Assembly: GCA_023131895.1 (NCBI GenBank)
Contig: JAGLYZ010000001.1
Coordinates: forward strand, 72,957 to 136,956
Reading direction: 5' to 3'
Length of the DNA: 64,000 nt
DNA from: Candidatus Parcubacteria bacterium
GTDB taxonomy: Bacteria > Patescibacteriota > Minisyncoccia > Minisyncoccales > JAGMDC01
The notes under the pieces are model-generated. The model searched no databases. It was not told where the DNA came from and was given only the letters and a program-made list of their open reading frames with translations. Position numbers and translations under genes: made by a program. Shown piece by piece: positions 53,229 through 63,685 of this stretch (positions within the stretch are counted from its first letter, which is position 1; every line of letters begins with the position of its first letter).

Positions 53229-54473
53229 ATGAATACTCATACAATAAAATCAATCAAGGCAAGGGAGATATTGGATTCAAGGGGAATTCCTACTATAGAA
53301 GTAGAGCTGATAACTGATATTGGCTCTTTTTTTGCTTCTGTTCCTTCCGGCACTTCCACTGGCAAAAACGAAGCAAAAGAATTAAGAGATGGGGGAAAAA
53401 GATATAATGGCAAAGGAGTATTAAAAGCAGTAGAAAATGTAGAAAAGATTATTGAGCCTGCGTTAAAAGATAAAGATGTTGTTAAACAAAAAGAGATTGA
53501 TGAATTGATGATTAAATTAGACGGGACAGAAGATAAGTCAAGATTAGGCGCTAATGCTGTTTTAGGAGTAAGTATTGCTGTTTGCCGGGCCGGCTCTGCG
53601 GCAAATAATGTACAATTATACAAATACATTTCTCAACTCATCGAGGATAGTTCTCGATGCTCGTTGCCAAAGCCGTGTTTTTTGATGATTGAAGGAGGAG
53701 CACATGCTGGTAATGAATTGGACTTTCAAGAGTTTATGATTCAGCCAAATGAACATAGTTTTTCAGAAAACTTGCAAACAGGAACAGAAATTTATCATAC
53801 GCTTAAAGAGATTTTGGAAAAAGAATATGGAAAACAATCTATTAATGTTGGAATGGAAGGCGGTTTTACACCAGCTTTAAAGTTTCCAGAACAGGCATTG
53901 GAATCAATAGTTAGGGCAATAGAAAAAGCAGGATATAAAGATAAAGTTGGAATTATTTTGGACTGCGCTGCTTCACAGTTTTTCAAAGATAAAAAATACC
54001 AAACTCAAATGGGTGTTTTTGTTAAAGATGGTTTCTTGAGATATTATTCAGATTTAATCTCTAAATATCCTATTACAGGATTGGAGGATCCTTTTTCAGA
54101 AGATGACTGGCAGGGTTTTAGACAAATCACCAAACAATCCGAGAACGGTTCTCGAACTGTTATTATTGGCGATGATTTGTTAGTTACCAACATTAAAAAA
54201 GTAAAGAAAGCAGTTGAAGAAAAGGCTTGCAATGGGATGATTGTTAAGCCAAACCAAATCGGAACTGTTTCTGAAACTTTAGAAGTGGTAAGGCATGCTA
54301 AAGAAAATCATTTTAAGATTTTTGTTAAACATCGGTCCGGAGAAACAAAAGATGATTTTATTGCTGACTTAGCTGTGGGTGTTGGCGCAGACGGAATAAT
54401 GGCTGGAGCTCCGGCTCGCAGTGAGCGATTAGCAAAATACAATCGGTTGCTAAAAATTGAAAAAGAGTTATGA
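53229..54473 (+). CDS. eno: Enolase
   Basis: IKAREILDSRGIPTIEVE, SVPSGTSTG, IKPNQIGTVSET and SHRSGET-like KHRSGETKD. Confidence 0.95.
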   Translation: MNTHTIKSIKAREILDSRGIPTIEVELITDIGSFFASVPSGTSTGKNEAKELRDGGKRYNGKGVLKAVENVEKIIEPALKDKDVVKQKEIDELMIKLDGTEDKSRLGANAVLGVSIAVCRAGSAANNVQLYKYISQLIEDSSRCSLPKPCFLMIEGGAHAGNELDFQEFMIQPNEHSFSENLQTGTEIYHTLKEILEKEYGKQSINVGMEGGFTPALKFPEQALESIVRAIEKAGYKDKVGIILDCAASQFFKDKKYQTQMGVFVKDGFLRYYSDLISKYPITGLEDPFSEDDWQGFRQITKQSENGSRTVIIGDDLLVTNIKKVKKAVEEKACNGMIVKPNQIGTVSETLEVVRHAKENHFKIFVKHRSGETKDDFIADLAVGVGADGIMAGAPARSERLAKYNRLLKIEKEL

Positions 54474-55657
54474 AAAAAATTCTTTTAATTATCATTGATG
54501 GTTTGGGAGACAAACCTATTCCTCAGTTAAATAATAAAACACCCTTAGAATCTGCTGAGACGCTCAACATGGATTTAATGGCTAAAAAAGGTATTTGCGG
54601 TTTGGTAGAAACATTTAGATTCCCTAAAGAGAAAGTGCCTACATCAGAAGGCGCGCATATTGCTTTATTTGGCTATCAAGATTATTTTTTAGGACGAGGC
54701 CCTTATGAGGCAGCTGGTATTGGAATGGAATTAAAGAAAGGAGATGTGGCTTTAAGGGTTAATTTTGGGACTGTTGATGAAAACTTAAAAATTATTGACA
54801 GGCGGGCAGGAAGAATAGAAAAAACCCAGGGATTAGTCAAAGCATTACAGGAAATAAAAATAGACGGCATTAGATTTATAATCAAAAAATCCTATGGCCA
54901 TAGGGCTGTTTTAGTTTTAAGAGGCAAGGGATTGTCAAAGAAAATAAGTGATAATGATCCTCACAAAAAAGGAGTAAGAGTAAAAAATATTATTCCTTTA
55001 GACAAGTCAAAAGAGGCAAAATTTACAGCCGATGTTTTAAATAAATATTTAGAAAAGACCAATCAGATTTTAGAAAAACATGGATTAAATAAAAAAAGAA
55101 AACTGCCAGCTAATTATCTTTTAGTCAGGGGAGCAGGGATGATGGAAAAAATACCCAGTTTTAAAAAGAGATATAATTTAAAAGCAGCTTGTATTGCTGG
55201 AGGCGCGCTTTATAAGGGAGTGGCAAAAATTTTAGGAATGGATTTAATCAAAGTAAGGAGAGCTACTGGTTTTGCTAGCACCAATCTTAAGGGAAAAATT
55301 TTGGCATCTAAAAGCGCTCTGAAAAAATATAATTTTATTTTCTTACATATAAAAGCCACTGATACTTTTTCTCATGATGGTGATTTTCAAGGCAAAAAGA
55401 AATTTATTGAGAAAATCGACAAAGAAATTAAAACTTTATTTGAGCTGAAAAATATTTTAATTGTTATTACTGCTGACCATTCAACCTGTTGCTCTAACAA
55501 AGACCATTGTATTGAGCCGGTACCCATTTTGATTTTTGGCAATGGCAAAGACAATGTAAGACAATTTTCTGAAAATGCTTGTGAAAAAGGAAGAATAGGT
55601 AGAATAAAACAGGTTAATTTAATGAAATATTTGACAATGATTTCAAAGAAAGTATAA
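54470..55657 (+). CDS. apgM: Cofactor-independent phosphoglycerate mutase, archaeal (ApgM) type
   Basis: LLIIIDGLGDKP, the metalloenzyme-superfamily pattern, and ITADHST. Confidence 0.85.
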   Translation: MKKILLIIIDGLGDKPIPQLNNKTPLESAETLNMDLMAKKGICGLVETFRFPKEKVPTSEGAHIALFGYQDYFLGRGPYEAAGIGMELKKGDVALRVNFGTVDENLKIIDRRAGRIEKTQGLVKALQEIKIDGIRFIIKKSYGHRAVLVLRGKGLSKKISDNDPHKKGVRVKNIIPLDKSKEAKFTADVLNKYLEKTNQILEKHGLNKKRKLPANYLLVRGAGMMEKIPSFKKRYNLKAACIAGGALYKGVAKILGMDLIKVRRATGFASTNLKGKILASKSALKKYNFIFLHIKATDTFSHDGDFQGKKKFIEKIDKEIKTLFELKNILIVITADHSTCCSNKDHCIEPVPILIFGNGKDNVRQFSENACEKGRIGRIKQVNLMKYLTMISKKV

Positions 55658-55664
55658 TGAAATT

Positions 55665-56423
55665 ATGAACGATTTTTTTAAAGGAACAAACAAAAATTTA
55701 ATAGCCTTAGCAATAGCTGTTATAGGGATTTTAGTAATTGCTTCAGTGGCTTACACCAATGGATTTTTTGAAAATAACCAAAATCAGAACGAGAACGTTT
55801 TATCTGCTGATGAGGTTTCAGAAAAAGTTATAAATTTTATTAATGAAAATCTTTTAGAAGGGGGAATAATTGCTTCTTTAATAGATATTAGCGAGGAAAG
55901 CAATTTATACAAGATTAAATTAAAAATAGGCGAAGAAGAATTTGATTCTTATATTTCCAAAGATGGAAAGCTTTTATTCCCGCAAGTGATTGATATGGAA
56001 GAAAATCTTTCTCAAGGAGAAAATCAGGAAGAAAAATTAACAATTGGGAACTTTTCAGTTAGTGAAAACGAAATTTGTAAGGAGAACGAAAAACCGATTG
56101 TATATTTTTTTAGTTCTAAAGGTTGTCCGCATTGTACTTGGGAACATCCTATTATAGAAAAAGTAGCAAAGAATTTTGATGGTCATATTGCATTTCATAA
56201 TAATATGGATTCAGATGCAGATATGGGTGTATTCCAACAATACAGCTCAGGAGGTGTGCCAACATTGGTCATAGGATGCAAATATTATAGAGTTGGTTCT
56301 GGAGAAAGCATGGGTGAAGAAGGGGAGTCTAATATTCTAACAGCTTTAATTTGTAAATTAACGCAAAATCAACCTGCTCATATTTGTGAGGAGGTCCAAG
56401 ATTTAATTAATCAAGTTAAATGA
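55665..56423 (+). CDS. Membrane-anchored thioredoxin-fold thiol:disulfide oxidoreductase
   Basis: N-terminal TM and CPHC active site (FFSSKGCPHCTWEHP). Confidence 0.7.
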   Translation: MNDFFKGTNKNLIALAIAVIGILVIASVAYTNGFFENNQNQNENVLSADEVSEKVINFINENLLEGGIIASLIDISEESNLYKIKLKIGEEEFDSYISKDGKLLFPQVIDMEENLSQGENQEEKLTIGNFSVSENEICKENEKPIVYFFSSKGCPHCTWEHPIIEKVAKNFDGHIAFHNNMDSDADMGVFQQYSSGGVPTLVIGCKYYRVGSGESMGEEGESNILTALICKLTQNQPAHICEEVQDLINQVK

Positions 56424-57292
56424 ATTTAATGTATAGCATTGGTATTGACATCGGCGCAACCAATACAAAGTTTGTTTTGTCAAATAAACTTAAAGTTGTA
56501 AAAAAAGAAAAGATTTCTACTCCAAAAAACAAGGAAAAGCTCATTAAGGTTTTAGAGCAAAATATAGAAAATTTAATATCTAATATACCTCAATCAAAAA
56601 TTAAATGTATTGGCATTGGAGTTCCTGGTCCCTTAAATAAAAAAAGGGATTTTATTTTAAATCCGCCTAATTTAAAATATCTTTCTAATTGTCCTTTGGC
56701 TGAAATTATTGAGAAAGATTTGAACATTAAAACCGTGATGGAAAACGATGTGAATTGTTTTGTTTTAGCCGAAATAACATTAGGTTCGGCAAAAGGAGCA
56801 GAAATTGTTGCCGGTATTACTTTAGGAACAGGTGTAGGCGGTGGTATTATATGGAAAAATAAATTTGTTAAAGGTACATTTGGTTCTGCTGGAGAGTTTG
56901 GCTTTATGACAATTAAATTTGACGAAAAAAAACATATTGGTTTTTTAGAGGATTATTGTTCAGAGAAATTTTTTAAAAGAAAAAAAGTTTTTTCAAAAGA
57001 ATTAGAAGAAAAAGCAAAAAAAGGGGATAAACAGGCATTAAAAATTTTTCAAGAATACGGAAAATACTTAGGAATTGGTATTTCTAACATTATTAATATT
57101 TTAGACCCGGAAGTCATTGTAATTGGAGGAGGAATTTCCAAAGCCAATAAATTCTTTATGAAATCAGTAAAAAAAGAAATTCAAAAAAGGGTCCTATCGC
57201 CTTTGTCTAAAAAATTTGTTAAGATAAAAATATCTAAACTTAAAGATTTTAGCGGAGCAATCGGTGCTGCTCTGCTTGTAGAAGATGGATAA
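56420..57292 (+). CDS. ROK-family sugar kinase (glucokinase-like)
   Basis: IGIDIGATNTKF, ENDVNCFVLAE and GTGVGGGII. Confidence 0.85.
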   Translation: MNLMYSIGIDIGATNTKFVLSNKLKVVKKEKISTPKNKEKLIKVLEQNIENLISNIPQSKIKCIGIGVPGPLNKKRDFILNPPNLKYLSNCPLAEIIEKDLNIKTVMENDVNCFVLAEITLGSAKGAEIVAGITLGTGVGGGIIWKNKFVKGTFGSAGEFGFMTIKFDEKKHIGFLEDYCSEKFFKRKKVFSKELEEKAKKGDKQALKIFQEYGKYLGIGISNIINILDPEVIVIGGGISKANKFFMKSVKKEIQKRVLSPLSKKFVKIKISKLKDFSGAIGAALLVEDG

Positions 57293-57542
57293 AAAAAATG
57301 TAAAACTTTATACTACTGATAATTGCTCTTTTTGTTTTACTTTAAGAGAGTTTTTAAAAGAGAGTAATGTAGAATTTGAAGAAATTAGCATATCCCATGA
57401 TGAGAAAAAAAGGGATGAGTTATTGAAAAGGCTGGACGAGAAAGGAATATGGGGTTCTGTACCTATTTTAGATATTAGCGGAGAATTAATTATAGGTTTT
57501 GAGAGAGAAAAAATTTGTAATTTGTTAAATATAAAAGAATAA
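57285..57542 (+). CDS. Glutaredoxin/NrdH-like small redoxin
   Basis: VKLYTTDNCSFCFTLREFL (CxxC) and VPILDISGELIIGF. Confidence 0.8.
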   Translation: MDKKNVKLYTTDNCSFCFTLREFLKESNVEFEEISISHDEKKRDELLKRLDEKGIWGSVPILDISGELIIGFEREKICNLLNIKE

Positions 57543-57612
57543 CAAGCTCAGGAATATAACTTTTAGAAGACGGGTGCTCCTAAAAGTATATTTCCTTCGC
57601 TTACTTATTTCT

Positions 57613-58623
57613 ATGACAAAAATTGCAATAAATGGTTTTGGCCGGATAGGCCGCGCAACTTTTAAAAGGATTTTGGAGAAACATCCTGATTTAAAAGTAG
57701 AAGCGATTAATGATCTAACAGATACAAAGACCTTGGCTCATCTTTTAAAATATGATTCTGTTTACGGTATTTATAGAAAAACAGTGAGAGCCAAAGAGAA
57801 AGCGCTTATAATCAATGGACAAGAAATAAAGATCTTTGCCGAAAAAGAACCAAATAATCTTCCTTGGAAAAAGCTGGGCATAGATATTGTTTTAGAATGT
57901 ACTGGTGTTTTTAGGGACTATGAAGGAGGTAAAAAGCATATTGAAGCCGGAGCTAAAAAAGTAATTATTTCTGCTCCGTCTAAAACGCCGGAAAAAGTTC
58001 CTTCCTATATATTAGGCGTAAATGAAGAAAAATATAATCCAGAAAAAGATGAAATAATGGATATGGGTTCCTGCACCACTAATTGTTTAGCGCCAGTAGT
58101 CAAGGTTCTTCATGACAATTTTAAGATTGTCAAAGGTTTTATGACCACTGTTCACAGCTATACTACTGACCAAAAACTTTTAGATTTGCCTCATAAAGAT
58201 TTGCGCAGGGCAAGAGCAGCTGCTATTAATATTGTTCCTACCACTACTGGAGCTACTAAAGCTATTGGTAAAGTGATACCAGAAGTTGAGGGAAAGTTGG
58301 ATGGTTTGGCAATAAGAGTACCAACGCCAACAGTTTCTATTGTTGATTTAATTTGCGAATTAGAAAAGAAAACAACAAAGAAAGAAGTTAATTCCTGCTT
58401 TAAAAAGGCGGCTCAAAGCAAGGCAATGAAAGGCATTTTAGATATAGAACAAGAGCCATTGGTTTCTTCTGACTATATTGCTAATCCTTTTTCTTCCATT
58501 GTTGATTCTGATTTGACAATGGTTAAGGACAACTTGGTTAAAGTTATTTCTTGGTATGACAACGAATACGGCTATTCCTGCAGAATGGCAGAATTCGCAG
58601 AATTTATCGGCAGGAAGTTCTAA
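57613..58623 (+). CDS. gap: Glyceraldehyde-3-phosphate dehydrogenase
   Basis: KIAINGFGRIGR, SCTTNCLAP and WYDNEYGYS. ATG 57613 preferred. Confidence 0.95.
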   Translation: MTKIAINGFGRIGRATFKRILEKHPDLKVEAINDLTDTKTLAHLLKYDSVYGIYRKTVRAKEKALIINGQEIKIFAEKEPNNLPWKKLGIDIVLECTGVFRDYEGGKKHIEAGAKKVIISAPSKTPEKVPSYILGVNEEKYNPEKDEIMDMGSCTTNCLAPVVKVLHDNFKIVKGFMTTVHSYTTDQKLLDLPHKDLRRARAAAINIVPTTTGATKAIGKVIPEVEGKLDGLAIRVPTPTVSIVDLICELEKKTTKKEVNSCFKKAAQSKAMKGILDIEQEPLVSSDYIANPFSSIVDSDLTMVKDNLVKVISWYDNEYGYSCRMAEFAEFIGRKF

Positions 58624-58723
58624 TTTCTATACATTATTTAAATCAAAAAACTGCGTGAAAATTTACGCAGTTTTTTAGTAAAAAAAATATGGTTTGCCTG
58701 TTTTTTTAACGAGCAAACCCTTT

Positions 58724-59014
58724 TTATCTTTCACTTCTTGTCAAGTCAACCCCATAAAGAGGTTTTTTATATTGACTGACTTTTTTCTCCACATCTTGTG
58801 CTATCCCGCCGTTGTTCATAACTACAATTGTCCTCTTGGTCGCTTCAAGGCTTTCCTTCCAGTCTCTTAGCGCATTTATTTTCGCTTCCAATTCTGCTTT
58901 TTCATCGTTCCAGTTAGGGTTGCCCCAAAATTCGTCTCTGGACACTGCTATTTCTTTATCTGTCTGTGCTAACTGCTCCTCTACATGTTCCAAATCTAAT
59001 CCTATTTTTTTCAT
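58724..59014 (-). CDS. Hypothetical protein (96 aa from ATG 59014)
   Basis: AAGGGGTG SD on the minus strand and its own minus-strand terminator (GGTTTGC...GCAAACC plus T-run). Confidence 0.5.
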   Translation of the reverse strand: MKKIGLDLEHVEEQLAQTDKEIAVSRDEFWGNPNWNDEKAELEAKINALRDWKESLEATKRTIVVMNNGGIAQDVEKKVSQYKKPLYGVDLTRSER

Positions 59015-59234
59015 TTTTATCACCCCTTATCCTTATTTAGGATAACATATAATCCGTAAAATGTCAAGGGTTTTTGGACAAGCCCTAATTCCATATTTAA
59101 CATCTTGCGAACTATTTTATAGTATGAAGCATCACAAAATTGTGTCAATAGGGGATAATTAATATTAAAATTTTGTGATTTGTCTTATTCTATTTTTTTT
59201 GATATACTAATATAAATTGTGATTAAACATCATT

Positions 59235-61163
59235 ATGTTTAAGAAAGGGGATTTGTATTATCCTTCAAAGGAAATTAAGAATAGGGCTTGGTTGAGCGAC
59301 AAAAAGATTTACAAAGAGGCAGAGAAAAACCCGATTAAATTTTGGGAGAATTTGGCTAAGGAAATTTTTTGGTTTAAGAAATGGAAGAAAGCATTTGTTC
59401 ACAAGCCGCCGTATTCTCAATGGTTTGTCAACGGCAAAATAAATATTACATCAAATATCTTTGAAAAAAATAATTTGGGTTGGGAGAAAATTAAAAATAA
59501 GCCAGCCATTATTTGGGAGCCAGAGCCGATTGATGAGAAGCCGAGAATTTTAACTTATAATGAGCTTTCTGGAGAGGTTAACAAATTCGCTAATGCTTTG
59601 GAAAAATTGGGAGTAAAAAAAGGGGATAGAGTAGGAATTTATTTGCCAATGATTCCGGAAGTGATAATATCAATGCTCGCTTGCGCTCGCATTGGCGCTA
59701 TTCACGCAGTTGTTTTTTCTGCTTTTTCTCCTAATGCTTTAAAAATTCGGCTGCAGGATACAGGAGCAAAGATTTTAATTACATCTGATGGATATTATAG
59801 AAGAGGGAAAATAATTGATTTAAAGAAAAACGTTGATCAAGGAATTCAAGAAACAAAAGTGAAAAAAGTTATTGTAGTAGAACGAGCTAAAAATAAAGTT
59901 GATTGGAAAAAGGGCAGGGATTTCTGGTGGCAGGATTTGGTTGAGAAAGAATCTTTTCAATGCGAGCCAAGAGTAATGGACTCGGAAGACACTTTATTTA
60001 TACTTTATACTAGCGGAAGCACTGGCAAGCCAAAAGGAACGGTTCATGCTTGCGGCGGTTATACTGTTCAGGCAAAATACACAGGTAAATGGATATTTGA
60101 TTTGCATGATAATGATATAATGTGGTGCACTGCTGATGTTGGTTGGGTAACAGGTCACACATACGGTGTTTATTCGCCATTATTAAACGGTGTACCTACT
60201 CTAATTTATGAAGGCTCACCTGATTGGCCTAATCTAGATCGTTGGGCACAAATTATTGAAAAACATAAAGTAACTATTTTCTATACTGCTCCTACTGCTA
60301 TTAGAATGTTTAAAAAATACGGCACTCAATTTATTAAAAAGTATAAATTTGATACTCTAAGAATTTTAGGTTCAGTAGGCGAGCCAATTGATGAATCATC
60401 TTGGAAATGGTATTTTAATCAGATAGGCAAAGGGAAATGTCCTATTCTTGATACTTGGTGGCAGACAGAGACAGGCGGTATTCTAATAAGTTCTTTGCCG
60501 GGTATAGGTCCTTTTAAACCTTGTTTTACCGGCTTGCCATTACCTGGTTTGAAATTTGATATCTTAGATGATAAGGGAAAATCCCTGTCTTCCAATAAAA
60601 AAGGTTCATTAGTTCTTTTGTCCCCTTTTACTCCTGGACTTTTGCGAGGGATTTATAAAAATCCAAAAAGGTATTTAAAAACTTACTGGAGCCAGTATAG
60701 TAAAAAGATTTATTTTACCAGCGATGCCGCTTATAAAGATAAAAACGGTTTAATCAGAATTGTTGGCAGAATGGATGATGTGATAAAAGTGGCTGGTCAT
60801 CGTTTATCTACTGGTGAGTTAGAAGATGCTATTTCCAGAATTCCAGACATTTCTGAATGTGCCATAATCGGTATTCCTGATGAGATAAAAGGTGAAGCGC
60901 TTTTATCTTTTGTAGTTTTAAGAAAAGAAAAACCTTTAAAGCAAGTTCAGGAGGAGATAAAAAGGCAGATAAGAAAAGAAATTGGACCCATTGCTTCAAT
61001 TAAAAATGTATATTTAGTTAAAGATTTGCCAAAAACGCGCTCTGGAAAAATTATGCGTCGAATTTTAAAACGATTATTCACCAAAGAAGAATTAGGCGAT
61101 CTTTCTACTTTAGCTAATCCTGAAAGCGTTAAAGAAATTAAAAAAGTCATTAATAAAAAATGA
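59235..61163 (+). CDS. acs: Acetyl-CoA synthetase (AMP-forming)
   Basis: YTSGSTGKPKG, WWQTETGG, and PKTRSGKIMRR at the C-terminus. Confidence 0.95.
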   Translation: MFKKGDLYYPSKEIKNRAWLSDKKIYKEAEKNPIKFWENLAKEIFWFKKWKKAFVHKPPYSQWFVNGKINITSNIFEKNNLGWEKIKNKPAIIWEPEPIDEKPRILTYNELSGEVNKFANALEKLGVKKGDRVGIYLPMIPEVIISMLACARIGAIHAVVFSAFSPNALKIRLQDTGAKILITSDGYYRRGKIIDLKKNVDQGIQETKVKKVIVVERAKNKVDWKKGRDFWWQDLVEKESFQCEPRVMDSEDTLFILYTSGSTGKPKGTVHACGGYTVQAKYTGKWIFDLHDNDIMWCTADVGWVTGHTYGVYSPLLNGVPTLIYEGSPDWPNLDRWAQIIEKHKVTIFYTAPTAIRMFKKYGTQFIKKYKFDTLRILGSVGEPIDESSWKWYFNQIGKGKCPILDTWWQTETGGILISSLPGIGPFKPCFTGLPLPGLKFDILDDKGKSLSSNKKGSLVLLSPFTPGLLRGIYKNPKRYLKTYWSQYSKKIYFTSDAAYKDKNGLIRIVGRMDDVIKVAGHRLSTGELEDAISRIPDISECAIIGIPDEIKGEALLSFVVLRKEKPLKQVQEEIKRQIRKEIGPIASIKNVYLVKDLPKTRSGKIMRRILKRLFTKEELGDLSTLANPESVKEIKKVINKK

Positions 61164-61170
61164 ATCTACT

Positions 61171-61917
61171 ATGAAAACTTTTGTAATCGCTAATTGGAAG
61201 ATGAACCCGAGTACCTTAACTAAAGCTAAGCTCCTTTTTGAAGCTGTTGATAAAGAATTGAGAAATATAAAAAAGGCAGAAGTGGTTATATGTCCGCCGT
61301 TTGTTTATTTACCTGATGTCCAAAATGTAAAATCTAATATAAAACTTGGTGCGCAGGATTGTTTTTGGGAGGATAAAGGTTCTTTCACTGGAGAAGTTTC
61401 TCTTCCAATGCTGAAAAGCTTTGGCTGTAAATATGCTATTATTGGACATTCTGAACGCAGGCAGTTTTTAAATGAAACAGACAGGATGGTAAATAAAAAA
61501 ATAAAAGCAGCTTTAATTAAAAATATGAGGCCTATTTTTTGTTTTGGAGAAAGCAAGAAAGATAAAGGACAAGGAAAAACTCAAACTGTTTTGAAAAAAC
61601 AATTAGAAAATGGTTTAAAAAAAATAAGCAAAAGCGATGTTAAAAAAATTATTTTTGCTTATGAACCTTTATGGGCTATTGGAAGCAACAGGCCATGTTC
61701 TCCAGATGAAGCTAATGTTATAAGGTTCTTTGTAAAGAAAGTTATTGCGCAAAAATATTTTCGTTCAGTTGCTAATGAGATTAAAATTCTTTATGGCGGC
61801 AGTGTAAATAATTCAAATGTTAAAAGTTTCATTAAGCAAGGCGGTTTTAACGGGGTTTTGGTTGGCGGTGCTTCATTAAAACCTAAAGAATTTATCAAAT
61901 TAGTAAAAAATATTTGA
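61171..61917 (+). CDS. tpiA: Triosephosphate isomerase
   Basis: IANWKMN, IIGHSERR, AYEPLWAIGS and GGASLK. Confidence 0.93.
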   Translation: MKTFVIANWKMNPSTLTKAKLLFEAVDKELRNIKKAEVVICPPFVYLPDVQNVKSNIKLGAQDCFWEDKGSFTGEVSLPMLKSFGCKYAIIGHSERRQFLNETDRMVNKKIKAALIKNMRPIFCFGESKKDKGQGKTQTVLKKQLENGLKKISKSDVKKIIFAYEPLWAIGSNRPCSPDEANVIRFFVKKVIAQKYFRSVANEIKILYGGSVNNSNVKSFIKQGGFNGVLVGGASLKPKEFIKLVKNI

Positions 61918-61949
61918 CCTTTTAAAGATGTTTTGTTATTATTTAATAT

Positions 61950-62486
61950 ATGAGAAGTTTAAATCAGGACTTGCTTAAAAACGGTTATTTTTATAACCCA
62001 AGCAGAGGAAATTTACTCCTTAAACAAGTTATTGAGGAGTTGTTTTCTTATATGAAAGAAAAGCCGGAAAGATTTTATGATGTTATTGTTGGTTGCGATT
62101 CTTCTTCACAAGAAGAGCCCAGTTTTCCAGTAGTATTGGTTATTTTGAGGAAGGGTGAGGGGGGAAGGTTTTTTCTTAAAAAAGTTGGATATAAAAACAG
62201 AAAATTTTATAATTATCACCAAAGAATTTTAGAAGAAGTTTATCTTTCCTGCGAGCTGGCTTTATTTTTAAAAGAGGATATAGAAAAAATGGCAAAAGAA
62301 TTGTCTGAGCAGGGATTTAGTTTTTCTAATTACCAATTTCGTTATATTCATGCTGATATTGGAGAGCGCGGTCAAACGCGCGATATGATAAAAGAAGTAG
62401 TGGGGCTTATTCAAGGAAATGGATTTGAGGCCAAAATAAAGCCAGAATCGTTTGTTGCTTCAAGCGTGGCTGATAGATTTACTTAA
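61950..62486 (+). CDS. DUF458 / YkuK-like RNase H-fold protein
   Basis: VIVGCDSS...FPVVLVILRKGEGGRFF...EEVYLSCELA pattern. Assignment recalled from memory. Confidence 0.55.
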   Translation: MRSLNQDLLKNGYFYNPSRGNLLLKQVIEELFSYMKEKPERFYDVIVGCDSSSQEEPSFPVVLVILRKGEGGRFFLKKVGYKNRKFYNYHQRILEEVYLSCELALFLKEDIEKMAKELSEQGFSFSNYQFRYIHADIGERGQTRDMIKEVVGLIQGNGFEAKIKPESFVASSVADRFT

Positions 62487-62497
62487 AAAAATTAAAA

Positions 62498-63685
62498 ATG
62501 AAAAAGCAATCTGCTGACTGGCGGAGAAAAACCAGAGTAGTAGTAGCGATGTCTGGAGGAGTTGATTCTTCAGTAGCAGCTGCTTTATTAAAAAAACAAG
62601 GCCTTGAAGTTCAAGGTGTTTTTTTAAATCTTTTTGATTCAGAAAGTTTTAAAGAATCAGAAAAAAGAGCTAAAAAAATAGCAGGAATTTTAGAAATTCC
62701 TTTTTTTGTTTTAGATTTAAGAAAAGAATTTAAAAAGAAGATAATTGATTATTTTATTAAAGAGCTTCAGCAAGGTAAAACACCAAATCCCTGTGTTTTA
62801 TGTAATAAAGAAATTAAGTTCGGATTTTTTTTAAAAAAGCTTAGAGAACTAAAAATTAGTTTTGATTTCATCGCCACCGGGCACTATGTAAAACTTAAAA
62901 CAAAAAACAAGAAAGCCAAAACTACAAGTCAAAAGTCAAAAGCTACTTACAAATTATTGAGAGCTAAAGATAAAGAAAAAGACCAATCATATTTTCTTTG
63001 GATGCTTAATCAAAAACAATTGAGGCAGATTTTATTTCCTATTGGAAATTATACTAAACAAGAGGTTAAAAATTTAGCTAAGAAATTTAGATTGCCGGTT
63101 TTTTCTTCTGAATCACAGGAAATTTGCTTTATTGGAAAAGATTTAAATGGCTTTCTAAGAAAGAATTTTAAAACTAAAAAAGGCGATATTATAAATACCA
63201 AAGGAGAAATTATCGGAGAACATCAAGGATTGTGCTTCTATACAATTGGCCAGAGAAAAGGCATAGGAGTTGGTGGAGGACCCGCCTCCGCTGAAGCTAC
63301 GGCGGGCAAGCCATATTATGTCTTAGATAAAGATATAAAGAAAAATATTTTAATTGTCACTAAGAACGAAAAGGACTTGCATAAAAAAGAATTAATAGTC
63401 AAAAAAATTAATTGGATTTCTGGAAAAGAGCCCTGCCTTCGCCAAGGCTACGGCGGGCAAGCAAAATTTTCTATAAAAATTAAAGCAAAAATTCGTTATC
63501 GCCACAAATCCGTTGAAGCAAAAATTACAAGGAAGTCGGACTTCCTTAAGGAAGTCCGACTTCCTAAAACTTTCAAAGAATATAAAGTGATTTTTTCACG
63601 CTCTCAGCGAGCCATTACTCCAGGCCAATCAGTAGTTTTTTACCAAAGAAACGAACTCTTAGGCGGCGGAATCATAAAAAGTTAA
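62498..63685 (+). CDS. mnmA: tRNA 2-thiouridine(34) synthase MnmA, carrying three palindromic in-frame inserts
   Basis: VVVAMSGGVDSSVAA PP-loop, NPCVLCNKEIKF, ATGHY, DQSYFL and ITPGQSVVFY. Confidence 0.93.
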   Translation: MKKQSADWRRKTRVVVAMSGGVDSSVAAALLKKQGLEVQGVFLNLFDSESFKESEKRAKKIAGILEIPFFVLDLRKEFKKKIIDYFIKELQQGKTPNPCVLCNKEIKFGFFLKKLRELKISFDFIATGHYVKLKTKNKKAKTTSQKSKATYKLLRAKDKEKDQSYFLWMLNQKQLRQILFPIGNYTKQEVKNLAKKFRLPVFSSESQEICFIGKDLNGFLRKNFKTKKGDIINTKGEIIGEHQGLCFYTIGQRKGIGVGGGPASAEATAGKPYYVLDKDIKKNILIVTKNEKDLHKKELIVKKINWISGKEPCLRQGYGGQAKFSIKIKAKIRYRHKSVEAKITRKSDFLKEVRLPKTFKEYKVIFSRSQRAITPGQSVVFYQRNELLGGGIIKS

